NCBI GenBank assembly: GCA_003568775.1
Contig: MWMI01000002.1
Coordinates: 67,161 to 99,160 of the forward strand
Direction of reading: 5' to 3'
Source: Candidatus Nanoclepta minutus
GTDB lineage: Archaea; Nanobdellota; Nanobdellia; Nanobdellales; Nanobdellaceae
Length of the DNA: 32,000 nucleotides
In this document: piece by piece, positions 26,182 through 32,000 of the stretch
Layout of the letters: every line of letters begins with the position of its first letter
How positions within the stretch are numbered: the stretch's first letter is position 1
Notes under the pieces: generated by a model
Database searches by the model: none
Told to the model about the DNA's origin: nothing
Seen by the model: the letters and a program-made list of their open reading frames with translations, nothing else
Program-made: the position numbers and the translations under genes

Positions 26182-26648
26182 TATCTAAAGATAACTTCTT
26201 TTGAAGTTGAGCCTATGGTAACTCTTAAAACATAATAATATCTGGATACATCTATATTAACACCACAGGTAAAAATAAACGATTTTGATTCTCCAACTGA
26301 TAGAGTACCGGTATTTATAGTTGAACAAGAAGACTGATTTACAACACCTGCTGCTGGATTCAACCTATCATAAACGGTTACTGCAGCTATAGCATTTGTT
26401 TTACTAAAATCTATATTAACAGCTCCTGTATTCCTTATACTTACAGAGAAAGTATTAGTACCATTGGGAGATGCAATAGGCGCAACAGAGAAATCGAATG
26501 CTGTTGATTGAAGTATTTGCTGTCCAGTTTGAGCAGTTAGCTGTGTTAGCATACCACTCATCCATGTATACATCAATGCAGCTATACCTACTGTCATGAT
26601 GATTAAGAGTATTGTTGCAATAATCGGTGAAACTGATCTTTTCATCAT
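26181..26648 (-). CDS. archaeal type IV pilin (Pilin_N-type N-terminus), paralog B
   Basis: 155 aa. The first 57 aa are identical to paralog A. Its stop TAA shares one nucleotide with the ATG of paralog A (TAATG). Confidence 0.8.
   Translation of the reverse strand: MMKRSVSPIIATILLIIMTVGIAALMYTWMSGMLTQLTAQTGQQILQSTAFDFSVAPIASPNGTNTFSVSIRNTGAVNIDFSKTNAIAAVTVYDRLNPAAGVVNQSSCSTINTGTLSVGESKSFIFTCGVNIDVSRYYYVLRVTIGSTSKEVIFR
26478..26648 (-). repeat. direct repeat copy 2 (171 nt, 5' end of pilin B)
   Basis: See copy 1. The copies are 467 nt apart, start to start. Confidence 0.9.
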
Positions 26649-26669
26649 TATAGATTATAATCTCATTAT

Positions 26670-26678
26670 TATTTAAAA
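26670..26678 (-). promoter_or_regulatory. TATA box TTTTAAATA upstream of pilin B (predicts a leaderless or near-leaderless mRNA)
   Basis: The minus strand reads AATTTTAAATAATAATGAGATTATAATCTATA-ATG. The box spans -30..-22 relative to the A of the ATG and has the same 9-mer as the tRNA(CAU) promoter. Confidence 0.45.
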
Positions 26679-27164
26679 TTATTGTATCCTCTTTATACCC
26701 TGTATTGGTGGCGGAGGTATAGGTCTCCTAATCGTTCTCTCTTCCTTCTTCTCTTTTTCTTCCTTTAACTTTTCTATTTCAGATCTTAAATTATCCAAAG
26801 CTTCCAATATTCTTTTATTCAAATTTTCCATTTCTTCAACTTTCTTCTCAATATTTCCTGATTTAAGAGATGGTTTACCTTCAATATAAAATAGTGCAGC
26901 TTCTTTAAATATGTTTAACAATTCTTTTAAATCTTTACTCAACCCATTTATTACAACTATAAGTTCTGATATCTTAGCATGTAATTCTAAGTTGCTTTTG
27001 ATTAAACTATTTATAATATCTTTATAGATCTTATCCGAACCCTCTGAATTTTCTTCCGATTCAACTGGCTCTTTCTTTAATTCGTTTATCGATTCCTTAA
27101 CATCATAAATCTCTTTTACTATTTTCTCCAATACTTTGGATAGATCATCCCTATTCTGACCCAT
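26679..27164 (-). CDS. hypothetical coiled-coil protein with a Pro-rich basic C-terminus (first gene of the pilin cluster)
   Basis: 161 aa, E/K/L-rich with heptad patterns, ending RTIRRPIPPPPIQGIKRIQ. No TM segment and no family recognised. Confidence 0.45.
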   Translation of the reverse strand: MGQNRDDLSKVLEKIVKEIYDVKESINELKKEPVESEENSEGSDKIYKDIINSLIKSNLELHAKISELIVVINGLSKDLKELLNIFKEAALFYIEGKPSLKSGNIEKKVEEMENLNKRILEALDNLRSEIEKLKEEKEKKEERTIRRPIPPPPIQGIKRIQ

Positions 27165-27187
27165 AAAAATTCTTTATGTATTCAGGG

Positions 27188-27196
27188 TTTTATAAA
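27188..27196 (-). promoter_or_regulatory. TATA-like box (TTTATAAAA on the minus strand) upstream of the coiled-coil gene
   Basis: Centred about 28 nt upstream of the ATG at 27164. Confidence 0.35.
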
Positions 27197-27204
27197 TAAT
27201 TATT

Positions 27205-27214
27205 AAAAAAGAAA
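27205..27214 (-). terminator. oligo-T terminator candidate (TTTCTTTTTT on the minus strand) after the thermosome gene
   Basis: Begins 5 nt after the thermosome stop codon (complement of 27219..27221). Confidence 0.4.
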
Positions 27215-27218
27215 TCGT

Positions 27219-28859
27219 CTATTCTATTTCAGTTTCTTCCCCAGTTTCTTCTTTTCCACCCTTTCCTTCCTCTCTCTTTATAGCTGCTATTACATCGTCT
27301 ATCTTCAATATCATTATTGCTGCCTCTGTAGCAGACTTTATTGCCTGTATAGTAATATCTGCTGGCTCTATAACTCCTATTTCCCACATATCAGCAACCT
27401 TTCCCTCAACAGCATCAATTCCGTACCATACCTTTCCGTCCTCATGTGCAGCTCTTAGCTCTGACATAGCTTCTATAGTATCCATACCTGCATTCTCTGC
27501 TAAAGCCGATGGTACAGCCTCTAATGCATCTGCAAATGCTAGCATAGCCATCTGTATCTTTGATGGATGCTTCTTGGCTTCCTTTCTAATCTTCTCTGCT
27601 AATTCTATTTCTATAGCTCCTCCCCCTGCTATTACTTTCCTTCTTCTTATAACATTGGCAACATCCTTTATAGCATCGTTTATTGATCTTTCAGCTTCCT
27701 CAGCTACATGTTCCGATCCTGCCCTAATTAATATGGTTACTGCCTTTGGATTCTTACATCCCATTACAAATATCATGTTTTCATCAGCAACCTTTCTCTC
27801 TTCTACAATCTCTGCATAACCTAGATCACTTTGGGTTAGTTCCTCTATGGAAGATACAATCTTTGCACCAGTAGCTCTAGAGAGCTTATCCATATCAGAC
27901 TTCTTTACCCTTCTTACAGCGAGTATTCCATATTTTGCTAGGTAATATGCTGCTACATCATCTATTCCCTTTTGTACAAATACTACATTAGCTCCTACTT
28001 CTTTTATTTTTTCTACCATCTTCTTCAATATCTCTTGCTCCTTCTTTAAAAATGCTTCTAACTGATCTGGTGAAGTTATATTTATTCTAGCATCTGTTTC
28101 TGTTTTTTTAACTTCAATTGCTTCCCCTATTAGTGCTATCTTTGCATTTCTTACTATTTTTGGCATACCAGAATGCACTCTCTCCTTATCTATTACTATA
28201 CCATCTATCAACTCTGTTTCCTCCATTCCCCCTCCTATCTTCTTCTCAACTTTTATAGCATCTAAATCTACAATTATCTTGCCGGCCTCGGTATAAGTTA
28301 CCTTCTTAACCGCATCTACAACTATCTTAGCAATCTTATCACCATATATTCCAGCAACCTTAGAGGCCAATGCTGCCTTAGCAACTTTAGTTAGAGTTTC
28401 TTCATCCTCTAAGTTTATTTCTTTAGATAATCCAATTACATGCCTTTCAGCTAATTCTGCAGCCCTCCTATATCCCTCTATTATTACAGTTGCATGGATA
28501 TTTCTATCTAATAGCTCTCCAGCTTTCTTCAATAGCTCTCCAGTAAGTACTACAGACCTCTTAGTTCCATCCCCAACTTCTTTATCCAAAGTCTTTGCTA
28601 CTTCTATTATTAACTTTGCTGCTGGATGTTCTACATGCATCTCATCTAGTATTGTTGCTCCATCGTTAGTTACTGTAATGTCTCCTAACTCATCTACTAG
28701 CATCTTATCCATTCCTCTGGGTCCTAGAGAAGTTTTTAGGATCTCTCCCACTATCACCGCTGCTGTTATATTCGACCTTACAGCCTCTCTTCCAACCGCT
28801 CTCGCATATTTTTCAGGTAATAATACGATAGGATAAACTGTTCTTCCTTCCTCAGCCAT
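27219..28859 (-). CDS. ths: thermosome subunit (group II chaperonin)
   Basis: 546 aa. SLGPRGMDKMLVD, VTNDGATIL, GDGTKRSVVL, VAGGGAIEIE and an acidic/Gly tail are diagnostic of the CCT/thermosome family. Confidence 0.97.
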   Translation of the reverse strand: MAEEGRTVYPIVLLPEKYARAVGREAVRSNITAAVIVGEILKTSLGPRGMDKMLVDELGDITVTNDGATILDEMHVEHPAAKLIIEVAKTLDKEVGDGTKRSVVLTGELLKKAGELLDRNIHATVIIEGYRRAAELAERHVIGLSKEINLEDEETLTKVAKAALASKVAGIYGDKIAKIVVDAVKKVTYTEAGKIIVDLDAIKVEKKIGGGMEETELIDGIVIDKERVHSGMPKIVRNAKIALIGEAIEVKKTETDARINITSPDQLEAFLKKEQEILKKMVEKIKEVGANVVFVQKGIDDVAAYYLAKYGILAVRRVKKSDMDKLSRATGAKIVSSIEELTQSDLGYAEIVEERKVADENMIFVMGCKNPKAVTILIRAGSEHVAEEAERSINDAIKDVANVIRRRKVIAGGGAIEIELAEKIRKEAKKHPSKIQMAMLAFADALEAVPSALAENAGMDTIEAMSELRAAHEDGKVWYGIDAVEGKVADMWEIGVIEPADITIQAIKSATEAAIMILKIDDVIAAIKREEGKGGKEETGEETEIE

Positions 28860-28882
28860 GTTATATATATAATACAGAAGAT

Positions 28883-29380
28883 TTAAAAGTTAATTCCAGG
28901 ATAATTTGATTTAATTATTTCTAAAATATTTTTAACAATTTTTTCTATATCCTCTCTATTATTATTATAAAAAGTATAGTATACCTTCCCCATACTTTCC
29001 AGTTCATCTTCTATAACCTCCAAATTCATCGCCCAAATGTTTTCGAATATCTTATGGTAAGGATATCCTCTCTCCTCCAACCTTTTATACAGAATGTTTG
29101 GATCTGTCCTTATTACTATATAGAGATCTGCAGGGATTAGATGTGAAAAGTTTCCATCTATTACATAAATTTTTCCTACTTCAAAAATATTAGATATCTC
29201 TCTAATTAAAGCTTCTTCATCGACAATGTAAGTATTGTTTGCTTCATCATAAGATATTATAAGGTCTCTTTCCTTAGCAAAATCTAAAAGGTTTATATAA
29301 ACAGCATTCAACCCATTAGCTAGCTCCTTCGCTATTGTGGTCTTACCTACACCAGCTACCCCAGTAATACATATTATCAT
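28883..29380 (-). CDS. Fap7/AK6-like adenylate kinase-type NTPase
   Basis: 165 aa. MIICITGVAGVGKTTIAKELA P-loop at the extreme N-terminus. Size and layout match archaeal COG1936-type kinases. Confidence 0.75.
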   Translation of the reverse strand: MIICITGVAGVGKTTIAKELANGLNAVYINLLDFAKERDLIISYDEANNTYIVDEEALIREISNIFEVGKIYVIDGNFSHLIPADLYIVIRTDPNILYKRLEERGYPYHKIFENIWAMNLEVIEDELESMGKVYYTFYNNNREDIEKIVKNILEIIKSNYPGINF

Positions 29381-30111
29381 GCCCTACTCAGCTCAAATAT
29401 TGATTTATCTGATTTTAGAGGGTTAGTAACTTCTGAACATTTAAATGGGATTGTCAATAGAACGGAAAATAAACCTTCAAAGAATCCTTCCGAGAAATAA
29501 TTCTTTATTTTATCCTTATCTTCTATAACTTCCTCTATATCCTTTATTACTTCTGTTTCTACAATATTAGAAGCCGTTATCTTCATATTAACTTCCTTCA
29601 TATTTATTTCAACATTTTCTATATTTCCAAAGCCCATCTTCTCATATAATTTTACGATCCTCTCCAAAACATCTTCCCTTACTATCTTCTCTGTACCCGA
29701 GTACGTCTTATATACGGTACCTATCAAAATTCCAAACCTCTTCCCTATGTTTCTAATAACGTTATAGTCCTTTAGCTCTAAATATAGTATCTGAAGGATT
29801 TCTATTGGGATTATAACAAACTTCATATCACCCAAAACATAGTTCTTCTTTTCATCATCAAACCTCAACATTTTATTCAAAACTGATTCCGCATTGTATA
29901 TGATCTCTAGTAAGTTTATATCTTCGCTTAAATACCATACCTTCGCCTTTCCAACTATTCTATACCCTAAATATCCCCTCTCCCTCAGTATTTCTAGATG
30001 CTTAGATAGAGTTATCCTATTTATCTTAATCAAACGAGAAAGTTCGGATATAGTAAGACCATAAGGATTCTGTTGAAGAGCTTCGATTATCCTCTTTTCT
30101 ATAACATTCAT
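29377..30111 (-). CDS. winged-helix transcriptional regulator with a C-terminal putative ligand-binding (V4R-like) domain
   Basis: 244 aa. The N-terminal IIEALQQNPYGLTISELSRLIKINRITLSKHLEILRERGYLGYRIVGKAKVWYL is a wHTH. The C-terminal domain assignment is tentative. ATGA overlap with the downstream kinase gene. Confidence 0.65.
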   Translation of the reverse strand: MNVIEKRIIEALQQNPYGLTISELSRLIKINRITLSKHLEILRERGYLGYRIVGKAKVWYLSEDINLLEIIYNAESVLNKMLRFDDEKKNYVLGDMKFVIIPIEILQILYLELKDYNVIRNIGKRFGILIGTVYKTYSGTEKIVREDVLERIVKLYEKMGFGNIENVEINMKEVNMKITASNIVETEVIKDIEEVIEDKDKIKNYFSEGFFEGLFSVLLTIPFKCSEVTNPLKSDKSIFELSRA

Positions 30112-30155
30112 AAAAAATATTTTCTCGTGTAAGATTTATATATTATTTATCTTTA

Positions 30156-30758
30156 TTGTTTATCATGAAACGCTTCTGGCTTCTAATAATAATATTGGCA
30201 ATAATCATTGTATCCCCATCAATCTTTGTTTATAATAACTTCAAGGAAACCGGGCCCCTAAATAGATATTGTAACGATATTGGATGCGTATATACCAAAT
30301 ACAAAATAGGAGACTTAAAGGACATCCCGATAAACTCTAATGGAAATTTAAGTTATCTAAGAGACTTTAATATAACTTTTATATTTATAGATCCTGTATT
30401 GCTAAATTCTCAATTAAGCGGAAACTTCTCAGTTTCTTATTTAAATTTAGTCATAGCCCTGAATAACTTTGCTATATATTCAAATAAAAGTTTAAGAACC
30501 ATTGGTGTTTGTACGAAAATTGGTGAGGAATGCAATTATTATACAAACAACTCTCTAGATGAGTACTTCTGGTTATTCTATAAAAATGAGACATATTTAA
30601 TAAACGGTACAAAGGTTTTGAGGATATATATAGTAAATTCTACGGAAAATGAGATAGAAATAGATAGGAACTTTATATTCTTAAAGGGTGATGAAAAGGG
30701 AATTACGAGGGTTTTAGATAAGTTCTTATTATATTGGTATGGAATTATCGATAGTTAG
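30156..30758 (+). CDS. hypothetical secreted/membrane-anchored glycoprotein candidate
   Basis: 200 aa. N-terminal signal/anchor KRFWLLIIILAIIIVSPSIF, eight NxS/T sequons, four Cys. Confidence 0.45.
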   Translation: MFIMKRFWLLIIILAIIIVSPSIFVYNNFKETGPLNRYCNDIGCVYTKYKIGDLKDIPINSNGNLSYLRDFNITFIFIDPVLLNSQLSGNFSVSYLNLVIALNNFAIYSNKSLRTIGVCTKIGEECNYYTNNSLDEYFWLFYKNETYLINGTKVLRIYIVNSTENEIEIDRNFIFLKGDEKGITRVLDKFLLYWYGIIDS

Positions 30759-31209
30759 GGCAATATTAAACTATCAGTTTGGGGATAAGGTTGGAGACAG
30801 GATAGTTGAGAAGTATAAAGATAGTATAAAAGTTGAAGTTAGCAAGAATACTGGGAGAATAAGGAGGGTTTATATAGATGACAAACTCTTTGGCACTATA
30901 GAACCAACAACAGGTTTTATAATACCATCCTTTTTTGGAGGAGAAATAATTAAGGGATTCTTAGAGTATCCAAAATATAGAGTTGTAGTTTCTGATGATT
31001 CATTACCTTTCATAAAAGAAGGAAAATCTGTATTCTGTAAATTCGTTGTTGAAATCGATGATAGTATATTACCAGAGGACATAGTATTCGTAGTGGATGG
31101 TAAGGATAATCTAATTGCGGTTGGGATAGCAAGGTTGTCTGCATCAGAAATAAAGAGCTTTAATAGGGGAGTTGCAGTAAAAATAAAGCATGTTGGAGGT
31201 AATATATAA
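30739..31209 (+). CDS. PUA-domain RNA-binding protein (pre-PUA + PUA)
   Basis: 156 aa. The C-terminal DGKDNLIAVGIARLSASEIKSFNRGVAVKIKHV is a typical PUA core. Confidence 0.75.
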   Translation: MELSIVRAILNYQFGDKVGDRIVEKYKDSIKVEVSKNTGRIRRVYIDDKLFGTIEPTTGFIIPSFFGGEIIKGFLEYPKYRVVVSDDSLPFIKEGKSVFCKFVVEIDDSILPEDIVFVVDGKDNLIAVGIARLSASEIKSFNRGVAVKIKHVGGNI

Positions 31210-31744
31210 AAAGATAATTCCTAAGGATTACTTAGATATAATAAACAGTAAAGAACTTTATAGAAGATTATTCAAACTATCCATATTCTTATTCAACCTA
31301 TCAATATATTCCATTCCACTTTTATTGTTCCATTTAGGCTTAATAAAGATACCAATAGAAGTCTTATCTTCCTATACAGACATAATAGGAAGGCTATTGA
31401 TCATGGAAAAGGAAATACTGTCTAACAATATAGTAGTTAAAAGTTTTGTATTCCAAATAGATCAGGAATGTATGGGAATAAAGTCAATATTGGGCTTTTT
31501 TGCTATAATGATGTCTACCCCAACTAAAGAAATAAAAAGGAGATTTCTATACTTTCTAATATTTTCTCCAATAGTGTTCTCTCTAAACATTCTAAGGATC
31601 CTATCTACAGTTTATGGCTTCTATTTTTATAACTTAGATCCAGGCTTCTTCCACAACTTCCTATGGGAAGTTCTAAACGTTATTGCTATAGGTAGTTTAT
31701 GGGCGGTCTTTTATATCAAAAATAAAGATAATACCTTATTTTAA
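31190..31744 (+). CDS. small exosortase/archaeosortase-family membrane protein (putative)
   Basis: 184 aa, polytopic. Ordered Cys...Arg...His candidates in family-like contexts: IDQECMGIKSIL, FSLNILRILSTVY, FFHNFLWEVLN. Confidence 0.55.
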   Translation: MLEVIYKKIIPKDYLDIINSKELYRRLFKLSIFLFNLSIYSIPLLLFHLGLIKIPIEVLSSYTDIIGRLLIMEKEILSNNIVVKSFVFQIDQECMGIKSILGFFAIMMSTPTKEIKRRFLYFLIFSPIVFSLNILRILSTVYGFYFYNLDPGFFHNFLWEVLNVIAIGSLWAVFYIKNKDNTLF

Positions 31745-31993
31745 CTTAATTAAATCTTCTAATATTCTTCTAAATTCTTCATATTCTTCTCTACTGAGCT
31801 TCTCTATAAAGAAAACTTTACCATCCCTTACAAACAACCTAACATAGTCTCCTTCTGAAATTCCCATAGGAATTGCCTCTAGATCGTAATACTTCCTCTC
31901 CCCGCCAGCCTCAACGAGTATTCTATCCTTCTTTATTTCCCTTATAACTCCATAGATTAAACCCTCATTCAAATGCAGGAAACCCTCATACAT
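31736..31993 (-). CDS. hypothetical small protein (pattern loosely reminiscent of DUF3006)
   Basis: 85 aa. VIREIKKDRILVEAGGERKYYDLEAIPMGISEGDYVRL. The family call is weak. Confidence 0.4.
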   Translation of the reverse strand: MYEGFLHLNEGLIYGVIREIKKDRILVEAGGERKYYDLEAIPMGISEGDYVRLFVRDGKVFFIEKLSREEYEEFRRILEDLIKLK

Positions 31994-32000
31994 AAATTGA

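Noticed and set aside
26679-28859. Idea that the 161-aa coiled-coil protein downstream of the thermosome is a prefoldin-like co-chaperone.
   Set aside because: An oligo-T tract and a separate TATA-like box lie between the two genes. I could not identify a prefoldin beta-hairpin signature, and the position fits the pilin operon better. Left as hypothetical.
1-32000. CRISPR arrays, rRNA genes, transposases/integrases, prophage or plasmid modules.
   Set aside because: Reading both strands showed no regularly spaced direct repeats and no rRNA-like GC-rich blocks. No ORF has DDE, tyrosine or serine recombinase motifs. The only substantial repeat is the pilin gene duplication.

Overview
Archaeal chromosome segment. 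It is visibly AT-rich (roughly one-third G+C by eye) and very gene-dense: about 45 plausible CDS plus 3 tRNA genes in 32 kb. Many same-strand genes overlap by 1-8 nt, and 7 of 8 convergent gene pairs overlap at their 3' ends. Archaeal origin is supported by a group II chaperonin (thermosome), Cbf5, archaeal-type uS4/uS11/uS13, Mre11-Rad50-HerA, an intron-containing tRNA with a bulge-helix-bulge-like motif, and TATA-box/oligo-T punctuation. The scattered operons and tight packing suggest a reduced-genome hyperthermophile, possibly Nanoarchaeota-like. That is inference only; no search was run. Housekeeping content: uS11; a uS13-uS4-Cbf5-RNase HII-AlaX operon; RtcA; an MtaB-type methylthiotransferase; a Dph6-like PP-loop ATPase; a TrmJ-like methyltransferase; an XPD-like Fe-S helicase; Mre11-Rad50; HerA; thermosome; a Fap7-like kinase; a PUA protein; and tRNA-Met/Ile2(CAU, intron), tRNA-Cys(GCA) and tRNA-Ser(GGA). 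Four regions deserve a closer look. (1) A type IV pilus-like locus at 21.3-27.2 kb has a long FlaI/PilB-family ATPase and five proteins with class III (prepilin-like) signal peptides, including two tandem mosaic pilin paralogs. No platform protein or prepilin peptidase lies in the window. (2) A translationally coupled mini-FakA (Dak2 domain only) + DegV/FakB pair sits next to a DedA-like membrane protein. (3) A small exosortase/archaeosortase-like protein has no visible substrate. (4) A sharp GC-rich island sits at the 3' end of a Cys-rich pilin-like gene. I recognised no CRISPR array, rRNA, transposase or integrase. All protein calls rest on motifs I recognise in the supplied translations, not on database searches.
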